DNA of 64,000 bases from a virus. Positions 29,951 to 40,444 of this stretch are shown here, piece by piece (the first letter of the stretch is position 1; every line of letters starts with the position of its first letter). The position numbers and the translations under genes were made by a program. The DNA lies in IMG/VR virus record IMGVR_UViG_3300001450_000023, positions 15,790-79,789 of that record; one strand, written 5' to 3'. Under the pieces are notes generated by a model. That model saw only the letters and a list, made by a program, of their open reading frames with translations. It was not told the DNA's origin and made no database searches.

Positions 29951-32900
29951 CTAATTACTTTTTTTCACCTCTGTTGTTGCATCTTCTTCAGTTGTTGTTT
30001 CTTTTTTAGCTGTTTCTTCTTGTTCAAATTGTTTAATTATTCTTTGCACTTCTTTTGCAGTAGATGATGTACCAGTTGCTACTTGATAATATTCATAATT
30101 TCCTCTAGCATCTTTTCTTATACCAATACCATATGGACTAAGCATAGGCATTAATTTATTAATATCTCTATCATATTCTTTAGCATTTAATCCTTTACCA
30201 CCAGCTTGCATTGCAGCACCCATGTTAGCAACATCTTGATTAAGAGCTGTAAAGAATGCATCTTTATCTGCTGTATCTTTATCTGCTGCTTCTGTAGCAC
30301 CTTTAGCTTCATATAATCCTTGTTGAAATTTAAGTTGTGAAAGTTGATTATCTACACCTACCATCCCAACAGCATATTGTTGATATGCTTTATTTAACAT
30401 ATCATTAGCTTGCATGTTACTCATTTGCCCTAAAGATCTTTGTTGATTAACACTTCTAGCAGTACTATTAAATCTTCTTCTAGCATTTCTAGCAAATTCA
30501 CCAATCTTAGCTTCTTGCATATTAAACTGTTGTCCTAAGAAACCTTTTGTTCCTTCTAATGTATTAATAGCTTCTTGTCCAAATTGTTCATAAAAGTTTT
30601 GATTAGGTTTATCAGTAGCTCTACTCATAAATGTTGTAGCCATAGGTCCAAGTCCACTTACAGCAGTTCCCATTAAACCTAATTTATCACCTAAAGTAAA
30701 TTCATAAGGTTTTTCTTCTTGTCCTTGTGTTGTACTTGCAGCTTTTTCAGCAGCTATTTCATCTAAAAGAGATGTAGTATCTTCTGAGAATTTATTATTA
30801 CTTAAAGGTTCATCAATAAGTTTTACTGTAGTAGGATCATAATTTGTACTTATAGATTGTACATCAATAGGCTTCATTTTAATTGGATCATAGTTTTTTG
30901 TACTTGTATATTCAAAATCAGTAGGAACATTAATACCTAAATCAACAGGTTTCATTGTAATAGGATCATATTTTTTTCTACTTGTATCTGGAACTGTAGT
31001 AAATGCTGCAAATTCATCACCAGGGTAATTAATATTATTTTGTGCTATTAAATTTTCTAAATCTTCAGCTTCTTTATTTCCTTGAGCAGCATATTGAGCA
31101 CCAGATACCCACTCTGACATTGTCATATTATTTTCTCCAAAGTTATTAAAAATACTAGGATATGTTCCATTTTGATATTTATGAACTTTACCACCATTAG
31201 CATAATCCATATTTTTAACCATTCCACCACCAGGATATTTCATTTCCCTAGTCATTTTCCTAGTCTTACCTCCATACTTAGAAAGATATGTACCTAAACC
31301 TTTTAAGTTTTCTATAGCACTAACTTCTGCCTGAACTCTTTGCATTGCTCCATCTTGAATTTCTACAGTTTCTTTTGCTCTATTGTAACTTGCTAATAGT
31401 AAAGGATCAGTTGGATTTTCTTTAATTTTATCTTCTAAAGATTTTATATATCCTGCACTCTTTAATTTTTCAGCTGCCATAGTTTTATTTTTTTTATTTT
31501 TAATTCTTTTAGAATATATTTCAGTTTCTTCAGGAATTATTTCATTAGTCATATTATCATCTTTATCACCAACTTGAAACTTAATTCCACTTTCTTTTGT
31601 AGGATCATCACTATGGTCAGGTCCTACAAATTCTCCAACTTCACCATTAGGTGTTTCAAAAGCTTCACCACCTTCTACTTCTGCTATTGTTTCTTTTTTA
31701 ATATTACCACCAGCATAAAATTTAGCAGTTAATCCAACATCTGCCCCTTTAAATCCTTTTTTAAAATCTCCTTTAACACTACCTGTTATATCAATATTTT
31801 CAGTTAAAGGATATTGTCCTTTAACTTTAAAATTAGGTGAAAAAGTTTCATCATATATATTTTGTTCTAAAGAACCTGATACTGAACCATCACCCACTTT
31901 TCCTTTTGCAGAAACAAACATATTTCCTGGATAAGACATTCCTGTATTAAATTTAAGATTTGGATCATTTTTCTTTGAATATATAGGTAAATTTAATTCA
32001 GGAATACCATACATATCAACAAATGACTGTTGTCCTAAAAAATCAATTGAATTATCAGCTGTATTTTTAAGAGGATCTCCTTCTATTTTACCACCATCAG
32101 CATAAAATTTAAACCAATCAAGTCCTCTTTTTTGATTCATATTAGGCATTTGAGAAGATTTAGAAGGTGTTGTTTTAATAAGTGAATCATCTTTTTTAGA
32201 AGTTTTCTTTTCTGAATAAGTTTCTGGAGCATTAACACTTCCACTATATTCTTGCAATTCTTCAGGTGATAAAAGTTCACTTTTTTCTACTTGCTCTTGT
32301 CTTTCTTGTACTGGTTGTTGTTGAGTAGAACCTTGTGTATTATTTTTTGTATTATTTTGTGTATTACTTGCTCCTTGAATTTGAACTCCCATTCCTGGAA
32401 AGTATTCTTCTAATATAGGTAATGTAGTATTATTATATAAATTAATAAGTTTTTGATTATAAGTAGGAGAAGTAGCATATCCTCCTTCTGCCACAGCAGT
32501 AAAATATTTTCCAGGATCTCCTAAACTTTCTGCACTACCTCTTTTTGCATATCTAGGTATAGTAATTAATTTTATTTGTGCCATCATCCCCTCTTCAGGA
32601 GTTTCAAATTTTCTAAAAGGAGTTTTTACTTTATATTCAAGTTTACCAGTTTTTTTATCTACTTTACCAGTAGGCCCCATAAGACTATTTTCTTTTCTTT
32701 TAGCTGCCCACTTGTCAGCTTCTTCTTTATTTTTAAAATACTCTCTTGTTTCTTCTATTGTAAAAGGTTGTTTACCTCTAGCTTTAATTCCACCATAATT
32801 ATGATTTTTAGTTGCTAAACCATTACCTTCTACATAACCAGTTTCAAGAGCTACTTGAGTTGCAACAGCACCAACATCTACATTGATACCAAGTTTTTCT

Positions 32901-33661
32901 GCTGCTGCTTGAATAGCTGGAATATATTTTTTAAAATATCTTTCTTGTTTAGATTCTTGTTTAGATTTTTTAATAGGTTTTCCTTTTTCAACTGTACCAC
33001 CATCTTTATAAACTTTACCACCATGTTTAAGAACTTGACTTGCACCTTTAAAATCAGGCATGTTTTTATATCTTTCATCACCTTTTCTATTTAATAACTC
33101 ACCTATTTCTGCACTAGCAATAGCAAATCCCATTTCTGCACCCATTTGACCTAATGCATCCATTCCTCCTCCCATTTCTCCTCCTCCCATTGCTTGTTTG
33201 TTTTCTTTTGTCATCGCAGCATTTTTACTTCCATCAGCGTTATATGCTTTTCCTGTTTCACCATCTGAAAAACCCCCTCCGCCAATATCTTGCCCTGCTA
33301 AACCATCTCCTCCCCAACTATCCATTGCAGAAGATTGTGTATTTGGTTCAGTAGTTTTTGCTTTTTTATTCTTAGAACCATTACTTTCACTACTTCCACT
33401 ACCCATGTCTCCCATTCCACCTGTAAGTGAACCTAACATTGCTGACAAACCTGCAGATAAATTCCCACCAGGATTAGCTGCTTCTTTATCTTCTTCTGCA
33501 GAATAATAATCAATAGTAGTACCCCAAGCATATCTCATAATAGAATTATATGCATCATTTATAATGGTACCATCATCTATAGGTGTATATTTTTCTATAT
33601 AATTATCTAAAGGTTTTTTATATTTCTTACCTTTATACTTATTATTTTTTCTCCTGTTCAT
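29951..33661 (-). CDS. virion cargo protein with GH73 peptidoglycan hydrolase domain and GG-motif repeats
   Basis: TQVALETG...NYGGIK...FRKF...GYATSPTY; EVEGGE...GPDH block; repeated xxGG motifs. Confidence 0.8.
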   Translation of the reverse strand: MNRRKNNKYKGKKYKKPLDNYIEKYTPIDDGTIINDAYNSIMRYAWGTTIDYYSAEEDKEAANPGGNLSAGLSAMLGSLTGGMGDMGSGSSESNGSKNKKAKTTEPNTQSSAMDSWGGDGLAGQDIGGGGFSDGETGKAYNADGSKNAAMTKENKQAMGGGEMGGGMDALGQMGAEMGFAIASAEIGELLNRKGDERYKNMPDFKGASQVLKHGGKVYKDGGTVEKGKPIKKSKQESKQERYFKKYIPAIQAAAEKLGINVDVGAVATQVALETGYVEGNGLATKNHNYGGIKARGKQPFTIEETREYFKNKEEADKWAAKRKENSLMGPTGKVDKKTGKLEYKVKTPFRKFETPEEGMMAQIKLITIPRYAKRGSAESLGDPGKYFTAVAEGGYATSPTYNQKLINLYNNTTLPILEEYFPGMGVQIQGASNTQNNTKNNTQGSTQQQPVQERQEQVEKSELLSPEELQEYSGSVNAPETYSEKKTSKKDDSLIKTTPSKSSQMPNMNQKRGLDWFKFYADGGKIEGDPLKNTADNSIDFLGQQSFVDMYGIPELNLPIYSKKNDPNLKFNTGMSYPGNMFVSAKGKVGDGSVSGSLEQNIYDETFSPNFKVKGQYPLTENIDITGSVKGDFKKGFKGADVGLTAKFYAGGNIKKETIAEVEGGEAFETPNGEVGEFVGPDHSDDPTKESGIKFQVGDKDDNMTNEIIPEETEIYSKRIKNKKNKTMAAEKLKSAGYIKSLEDKIKENPTDPLLLASYNRAKETVEIQDGAMQRVQAEVSAIENLKGLGTYLSKYGGKTRKMTREMKYPGGGMVKNMDYANGGKVHKYQNGTYPSIFNNFGENNMTMSEWVSGAQYAAQGNKEAEDLENLIAQNNINYPGDEFAAFTTVPDTSRKKYDPITMKPVDLGINVPTDFEYTSTKNYDPIKMKPIDVQSISTNYDPTTVKLIDEPLSNNKFSEDTTSLLDEIAAEKAASTTQGQEEKPYEFTLGDKLGLMGTAVSGLGPMATTFMSRATDKPNQNFYEQFGQEAINTLEGTKGFLGQQFNMQEAKIGEFARNARRRFNSTARSVNQQRSLGQMSNMQANDMLNKAYQQYAVGMVGVDNQLSQLKFQQGLYEAKGATEAADKDTADKDAFFTALNQDVANMGAAMQAGGKGLNAKEYDRDINKLMPMLSPYGIGIRKDARGNYEYYQVATGTSSTAKEVQRIIKQFEQEETAKKETTTEEDATTEVKKSN

Positions 33662-33692
33662 ATTAATATGAATTTGTAAATGTAAAAATTAA

Positions 33693-36600
33693 TTACCTGA
33701 ATGATTTGTTCTCTATTTCAAATGTATAGTTAGTAGTAAGTTTAACATCATCTAAATTATCAAAAATAAACCTTATTATCAAATATTTGTCCCTTAATGG
33801 TTGTAAATCAAACCAATCTTTAGTAAAACTGATACTAGAAGTATTAATAACTTTATCTATTGGAAATTCTACTTTTAAACTTGTCCAATCTTTTGTGAAA
33901 ATAGATTTTGTATAATCAATCCTATAATCTCTAAGTTCATTAATTTTCCAATCTCTTTCACTTCTATCTATAGTGATTTCATTATTAGCTGTATTCTTAA
34001 CTTGATTACTTAAATAATCAGAAGTATCTTGATTTTTAGGTGTTAAAGTTAATTGACCAGTTGTCTGTCTAGAATTATGAAGCATTGCTTTATTAAATGT
34101 AACAAATCTTTCATCAATAAATTCCTGATTTGCAGTAGAATATTTTTTAGCAATTGTTTGCAATATAATTTCATCAAACAATGTTGTTTCAATAGGTGAA
34201 GATAATGATATATATTCTAGTATATGTTTATACCTTGTACCATAAAATTTTTGATAAGTCCCTACAACACCATGTTTCCAAAGTTGGTGAGTATTACTCC
34301 ATGCAGTAAATGCAGTTCCTTCTGTAGAGCTAACACTAATAAAATTATTATGGATAGGATACATATACAAAGGAATATAAGAATGGAAACTTACCCAAGT
34401 ATTTGATAAGAATGAATAAGATAAAGTCCAAGACTTATTTTCAAAAATTGATTGATCATGAAATCCTTTAACAAGTTCTGTATAAGTAGTTGTACCAGTT
34501 CCTAAACCAAATTTACCAGTATAACTACTATATACTAAGCCACCATCTACTAACCCAGAAGCACTTCCTGAAGCTTTATCTGTAAATTTAAAATCATCAG
34601 TTTGAGTACTTACTATTTTATAATCCCTTTTAGTTAAAATTATTCTTTTATGTCTATAATCATAAATAGCATGCATTCCTATACCATTAGGGTTAGCAGG
34701 ATTTTGTGTATTTGGAAACTCAGATCCTATTAATTCATAATATTGTTGAGCAAAAATTAATTTTAAATTTTCTTTAAAGAAATTTCTCATACCTATAATT
34801 GCAGGTTGTAATCCCTTAGCAGTAGTTAAAAAAGCTTGTCCAGTATTTCTATCTACAAAGAAAATACCATTAGGTGTTTTTACTGTTGCCCATTTATCTA
34901 CAGATCCTGCAGTACCTATATCATCATCTACCATTAATCTTGGAGGAATACTAAAATATTCTCCTGTACCTATAAATGATATTAAATCATCTGTAACTCT
35001 TTCTTGAACATTTTGTGGTAAAACATATAATGATTCTTCAGTATGTATTAATAAATTATTTTTACTTCTAATAAGATTAGTTATTTCTCCTTTTTCAGCT
35101 TCAATATCTTTATAATTATTAGCTAAAAATACTCTATAATTATCTCCAGCTTCTTCTTGAAAACTTTGCTGAGAATAACTTACCCTTGTTGGAAAAGACT
35201 CTATACAACCTGAACAACAATTATATGATTCTCCTAATGGGTAATATGCATTTAATTCATTAAATACAGAATAATCTTTATTATAAAGATAAGTTTCAGG
35301 AATACCTACACTTTTAAATCCCCATGAATCTTTTGGAGGATTTCCTTCTCTAAAAAAGAAAAATCTATTTCTAACATGTTTTAACAAACCATCTATGTTA
35401 GCTCTAAGATCTTTAAAATATTCATTTCCTCCTTTATATCTTACATCATCTTGCCTTAAACTAATATTCATAGTAGATTCTACATATATATTTGAAGCAA
35501 ATTCACTAGCAAAAATTAATGCATTTTTTGTTGTAAAAGTATCATAATCATGTACAGCACTTATATTACCAGTAACTATATTATTATCTCTTCTTGTAAC
35601 CCATTCCATACCTGCTATATATTGGTCATAAGCTTCATTAACAACTGCGGCAACAGTTCCTGCAGTTGCAGCAATAGCTACAGCAATTGTTAAAGGAGCT
35701 GCAGCTCCATAAGTAACTACTGTTAATACAACTGATGAAACAAGGCCAATAATAGAAGCTACAAGATCCCAAACAGAATTATTAACTCCCCAAATAAGAG
35801 TATTAGGTAAATTTAATGGACTAATAAATGTATCTCCTCCATATATGTCATTAGTTGTACCTGTATTAATATACATACAATTATGTGTTCTAAAATAATT
35901 TATAGCAAAAAGATCTGGGTGTACATCTCTATCTATTTTTATAGATACATATGGTATGCAACTATTTGCAAAATTTGCAGACATACCTCTTATTATATTT
36001 CCAACACCACCACCTGAAGCTATTATTTCAAGTTTTAATATTTGAACTGGATTAGTATGTGAAACATTAAATAACATTCTACCATCTATAAAATTTTCAG
36101 ATCTTGCTAGTGGCATCATTACTAAAGATTCAGTAATAGGTCTTAACATTACTGGAGTTTGTACTGCTGGTACACCATTATAAGTCATATATCTAGCAGA
36201 AGATAAATATGCAGTTCCATCACCAAATACAGCACTACCATTTACAGAACCAAATTCTGTAAGATCATCAAATTCATCATTATATCCTTGATTTCCTTTT
36301 ATCCATTTATTATAAAATTGAAATTCATTTTCTTTTTTAAGATATCTTCCTATAGAACCTGTTCTATTAAATAATAGATCAGGGCCTATAAAATAACTAT
36401 TAGTAGTAGATCTACTATCAATATTAGGTGTTGTATTTGCAGGTGTACCTCTATCTGGACCTCCTCTAAGCCATGAGAATAAACTATAATTTACTCCTTC
36501 AGAAGTAGCTTCATTTAAAGGATTACTAATACCTTTATCAATAACAGTTCTGTTAAATTCATTTCTATCTCCTCTTACTATATAATGTCCTATAATATCA

Positions 36601-39011
36601 GCATGTGGGTATATTATATTATCAAATTTAATTCCTAAAACATTTAATAAATTATGTTGGCTTTGTACTTGCGTAGGAGCTATGGTACTTAATGGTGTAG
36701 CTGTAACATTAAATCCACCAGTACTTGCTGTAGTAATTAAAGTACCAGTTGTTACTATTGATGTAATTCCTGTTGGAGTTGAAGATCCATAATTTATAAA
36801 AGCATATTCAATTACTACTTCAAGTAAATAAGTGTGATAACTACTTGTTGTACTATCATATATAAAACTATTACCAGTAAGACTAAAAGTAAGTGGTGTT
36901 GCTGCTACAGCACCACTTCCTCCATCAAAATTATAGTTTACAATAACTGTTCTTGCATTTGCAAGATCACCGCCAAATATACTTAAAAATTCTTGCTCAG
37001 TCAAAGTTGGATCTGTAGCTGCAAAATTTAGGTTTAATGCTAATCTAGATACAAAAACTACTTTAGTTGGATTTGCTACAATATGAGGTATTAAATTTCT
37101 ATCTGGAAATTTATGATGTCTTATAGCTTTTCCTCCTAAACTTGTTCCACAAAAATCTGTTCCCCAATAATCATTACCTGCACAATCTAATATTGTAGGA
37201 TAATTAGCATTTTCAGCTTCCCAATAAGCCATTTGTCCACTAGTTGCTGTTAATGGTTTTGCTGTATTATATATTTGCCATTGCCTTAATTGATTTGCTG
37301 CAGATAAACTATTATAAGCAGCTTCTTGTGATTGTGGATATATATGTGCTATATCTTCATTCCAAGGATCTATTTCTACATCTGGACATAAAACAGTATT
37401 TGTAATATTAGTTATTCTATAACCTGCAGTTGTTGAATCAATTATAGCAGTACAATCATTATTAGTAACTGTCCAAGAAGTTATAGCAAAAACATGAATA
37501 TTACCTCCTAAAGAACTTTGAGAACAAGCTATATTTATCCATCCTAATGGATCTCCACAAGTAATATCTTTAGTAAATGTTTGTACTGCACCTGGTGTAC
37601 CTGTTCCTGGATCAATTGTATATTTTATTTCAAAAGATGTTTTAGTACCACTACAATTACAAGGATTATTTATATGTGAAGGACTAGCAGTAGTGTTAAG
37701 TCTTTTTATAGGTTTTAATTCAACTTGTAAACATGTAGTATGCAATACTCCTCCACCACAAGCACCACATGAATAGTTTGTTAAATCTCTTCCAGGAATA
37801 TGATATGCAGGAGTTTCATAACCATCTTTAAAAATATATACTATACCAAAAGCATATACTTCATCTCCCATATATCCTCTATGATGCCAATAAGTATCAG
37901 GATCTTTAGAATTACCTGTTTCAATTATTTCAGAATTTACAGTTTTTACTACATAACTACTTTTAATTAAAGATGCTTTTTTTTGAAAATCACAAAAATT
38001 TAAAGATTTACCTATAGTGTTTGCTAAAACTAATCTATTTTCTAATTGTTCTATATGCTTTGCTGAAGATATAAAATCTGCATCAATAATTATTTCTGAT
38101 ATATCTATTTGAACAAATTCATCACTAGGTCCTCCATAGAAAAATTCTCCATTAATTACACTTTTTATACCTGATTGATATGCAATAGCTGGTAATCCAT
38201 TATTATTAGTAAAATGGACTACACCAAATCTATAAGATTCATAAGTAGTATCAAGATCAGTTAAAAATATGTTTATACCTTTAGTAGAATGTCCTGTTCC
38301 ACCAATACTATCTGTAGCTATATTTGAAGAACCACTTATTCTTTTATAAGGTGATGTAAGTATACTTTTAAATATTGGTATAGGTTGTGATAAGTAACTC
38401 CACTTACTAGGGTTTAAATCTCTGTCTAAATATTGAATTGCAAAACAATATGTACCAGAGTCTAATGAGCCAGATTCAGTTAATTCAAAACTAGAAAAAC
38501 AAGGAGGAGTAAATTCTAAAAATAATTTAAAAAGTTCACAATCCCAATGTACACCAGTTTTAAAATCATCTGGTAAATCAAAATTAAAATATCTTACTGG
38601 ATTAATTCCATCAGTAAAATATATAACTCTTTCACACCCTCTTCTAACTCTAAATACAGCTTCTATTTGATTTTGTATATTGAAACCTAAACAAGGTGCT
38701 GTATTATCATTTACTATTTCAGTATAAGTTCCTTTTTCATCTACAATACCTATTTCAGAATTAGTACCATTAGTACTAAATAATGCTGTATTATTATCTC
38801 CAATATATACATCACCTATTAAAGTATACCCTGATTTTATAGCAGAAAAAGAAGCATTAGCTTCTTCATTAGATATAAAATTAGATTCCCCTTCTCTAGT
38901 TTCATTAATAGCATTCCAAGCCATAGTATAAGTTCCCTTTGGTTGATCTACAGAAGAAGAATCTGTAAATAAACCCTTATATGGTCTGTTTGAATTTTTA
39001 TTAGTAGCCAT
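33693..39011 (-). CDS. tail stabilisation/muzzle (nozzle) protein
   Basis: 1772 aa; IYFTDG.NP.R, GYMGDEVYAFGIV, IRHHKFP, GGDTFI, SWTLSYS...WVSFHSY motifs of crAss-like tail stabilisation proteins. Confidence 0.82.
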   Translation of the reverse strand: MATNKNSNRPYKGLFTDSSSVDQPKGTYTMAWNAINETREGESNFISNEEANASFSAIKSGYTLIGDVYIGDNNTALFSTNGTNSEIGIVDEKGTYTEIVNDNTAPCLGFNIQNQIEAVFRVRRGCERVIYFTDGINPVRYFNFDLPDDFKTGVHWDCELFKLFLEFTPPCFSSFELTESGSLDSGTYCFAIQYLDRDLNPSKWSYLSQPIPIFKSILTSPYKRISGSSNIATDSIGGTGHSTKGINIFLTDLDTTYESYRFGVVHFTNNNGLPAIAYQSGIKSVINGEFFYGGPSDEFVQIDISEIIIDADFISSAKHIEQLENRLVLANTIGKSLNFCDFQKKASLIKSSYVVKTVNSEIIETGNSKDPDTYWHHRGYMGDEVYAFGIVYIFKDGYETPAYHIPGRDLTNYSCGACGGGVLHTTCLQVELKPIKRLNTTASPSHINNPCNCSGTKTSFEIKYTIDPGTGTPGAVQTFTKDITCGDPLGWINIACSQSSLGGNIHVFAITSWTVTNNDCTAIIDSTTAGYRITNITNTVLCPDVEIDPWNEDIAHIYPQSQEAAYNSLSAANQLRQWQIYNTAKPLTATSGQMAYWEAENANYPTILDCAGNDYWGTDFCGTSLGGKAIRHHKFPDRNLIPHIVANPTKVVFVSRLALNLNFAATDPTLTEQEFLSIFGGDLANARTVIVNYNFDGGSGAVAATPLTFSLTGNSFIYDSTTSSYHTYLLEVVIEYAFINYGSSTPTGITSIVTTGTLITTASTGGFNVTATPLSTIAPTQVQSQHNLLNVLGIKFDNIIYPHADIIGHYIVRGDRNEFNRTVIDKGISNPLNEATSEGVNYSLFSWLRGGPDRGTPANTTPNIDSRSTTNSYFIGPDLLFNRTGSIGRYLKKENEFQFYNKWIKGNQGYNDEFDDLTEFGSVNGSAVFGDGTAYLSSARYMTYNGVPAVQTPVMLRPITESLVMMPLARSENFIDGRMLFNVSHTNPVQILKLEIIASGGGVGNIIRGMSANFANSCIPYVSIKIDRDVHPDLFAINYFRTHNCMYINTGTTNDIYGGDTFISPLNLPNTLIWGVNNSVWDLVASIIGLVSSVVLTVVTYGAAAPLTIAVAIAATAGTVAAVVNEAYDQYIAGMEWVTRRDNNIVTGNISAVHDYDTFTTKNALIFASEFASNIYVESTMNISLRQDDVRYKGGNEYFKDLRANIDGLLKHVRNRFFFFREGNPPKDSWGFKSVGIPETYLYNKDYSVFNELNAYYPLGESYNCCSGCIESFPTRVSYSQQSFQEEAGDNYRVFLANNYKDIEAEKGEITNLIRSKNNLLIHTEESLYVLPQNVQERVTDDLISFIGTGEYFSIPPRLMVDDDIGTAGSVDKWATVKTPNGIFFVDRNTGQAFLTTAKGLQPAIIGMRNFFKENLKLIFAQQYYELIGSEFPNTQNPANPNGIGMHAIYDYRHKRIILTKRDYKIVSTQTDDFKFTDKASGSASGLVDGGLVYSSYTGKFGLGTGTTTYTELVKGFHDQSIFENKSWTLSYSFLSNTWVSFHSYIPLYMYPIHNNFISVSSTEGTAFTAWSNTHQLWKHGVVGTYQKFYGTRYKHILEYISLSSPIETTLFDEIILQTIAKKYSTANQEFIDERFVTFNKAMLHNSRQTTGQLTLTPKNQDTSDYLSNQVKNTANNEITIDRSERDWKINELRDYRIDYTKSIFTKDWTSLKVEFPIDKVINTSSISFTKDWFDLQPLRDKYLIIRFIFDNLDDVKLTTNYTFEIENKSFR

Positions 39012-39017
39012 TTATTA

Positions 39018-39980
39018 TTAATTAGTATATCCTCTAAAATAATTATTTCTTTCATCTGGATCATTAAACTTTCTAAGTTCTTGTTTGTTTAATTTACCAA
39101 AAAATCCATAGTATCTTCTTTGTTTAGGTATCATGTGTAATCTTTGCTCTAACATGTCTTGGTAATCATCTTCACCTTTTAACATGATTGCATGATTTCC
39201 AGCTTGTTTACAGTACCAATGCCAATCTCTTTCAGACTTCATCAATCTAGAATCACTTCCTTTTTCATTTCTATAAAACCTATATTCCATTACTTTATAA
39301 GTAATATATTTAGTAACTGCTGTAATATAAGAATAATGATCAGGAATCATAGGATATCCATCATCATCTAAATAAGGTCTTGTAAATGCCAATGCAATTG
39401 AACCTGTTTCAAAAGAAAATCTAAGTGAACTACCTCTATCTATTATTTTATATTCATCTGTAGAACCAACATAGATTTTATCTTCATTGGTCATACCATC
39501 AAAAAAATTATTTGTACTTTGTCTTATTGGAGAAAAACAAGTATTATATAAAGGAGAATTTGCAAAAGGACTATATTCTGCTTGCAAATCATAATATGGT
39601 CTATAATATGCTAACTCATAATCATTTATTGGACTACCATTACAATCTAAAGCTACAGGAGTACTACTAGGTGAATCAGTAGTAGTTGTAGTTGCAGCTT
39701 CTACAGCAGTACTTGGGCATAAAGGATTATCTTTGTGTGATTTAAAGCAATTATTTCTAGCTACTTGTTTTATTTGATATGTACCATTTGGAATACAGCA
39801 AGTATAGTTTTTAATTTCTATAAATGCTATAGCATCTTCATATTGTGTTATTGCACCTATTGCTTCTAGTGCTTCTGCTGACCATTCAATTACATCAGAA
39901 ACTGACAATTCATCTATCCTTAGATCTCTTCTAAGTTTGTCTAGTATTCTGTATATTGATACATATCTAAAATCTTTCAT
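39018..39980 (-). CDS. tail ring/tubular protein
   Basis: DVIEWSAEAL..IG, SFETG.I, DDDGYPMIPD motifs; position next to the muzzle gene. Confidence 0.7.
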   Translation of the reverse strand: MKDFRYVSIYRILDKLRRDLRIDELSVSDVIEWSAEALEAIGAITQYEDAIAFIEIKNYTCCIPNGTYQIKQVARNNCFKSHKDNPLCPSTAVEAATTTTTDSPSSTPVALDCNGSPINDYELAYYRPYYDLQAEYSPFANSPLYNTCFSPIRQSTNNFFDGMTNEDKIYVGSTDEYKIIDRGSSLRFSFETGSIALAFTRPYLDDDGYPMIPDHYSYITAVTKYITYKVMEYRFYRNEKGSDSRLMKSERDWHWYCKQAGNHAIMLKGEDDYQDMLEQRLHMIPKQRRYYGFFGKLNKQELRKFNDPDERNNYFRGYTN

Positions 39981-40444
39981 GTTACTAAAAATTCTTTACC
40001 TTGTTTTATCAACCTTGCAAGATTTCTTTTTAAATCTCTTGCTGGTTTGAAATAATAAATACCTTTATTTTTAACTAATACATTTTTCTTAGACCATAAA
40101 AACTTGTATCTAATAGAATTAGTGTGTTCATTAAAGTGGAATACCAATTGCTTATCTTCTTTACATTCTTTACATTTTTCCCAAAGCTTTTTTGTTTCTT
40201 TCCAGTCTGGAGATAATCCTTTAATTTCTCCATCAACTAATTTTGGTTTTCTTTTTTTACCTATTATTTGCAAAGAACCCAACTTACAAGGTAATGCTAT
40301 CTCTTTTGCATCTAACAACTCATCTATTATATAGTCAAAAAATCCATATAGAATTTGTAAATAGTCTTTTAGTTCTAATGGATTTTCAGTTTTTTCTTTA
40401 TATGTGTTATAGCTTTTTCTAGCTGTACATAAATTATTTTTCAT
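39977..40444 (-). CDS. IHF/HU-like protein (crAss-type)
   Basis: LP.KLG.L.I, DWKET, YYFKPAR.LKR.LA; start moved to the internal ATG to reduce overlap. Confidence 0.65.
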   Translation of the reverse strand: MKNNLCTARKSYNTYKEKTENPLELKDYLQILYGFFDYIIDELLDAKEIALPCKLGSLQIIGKKRKPKLVDGEIKGLSPDWKETKKLWEKCKECKEDKQLVFHFNEHTNSIRYKFLWSKKNVLVKNKGIYYFKPARDLKRNLARLIKQGKEFLVT

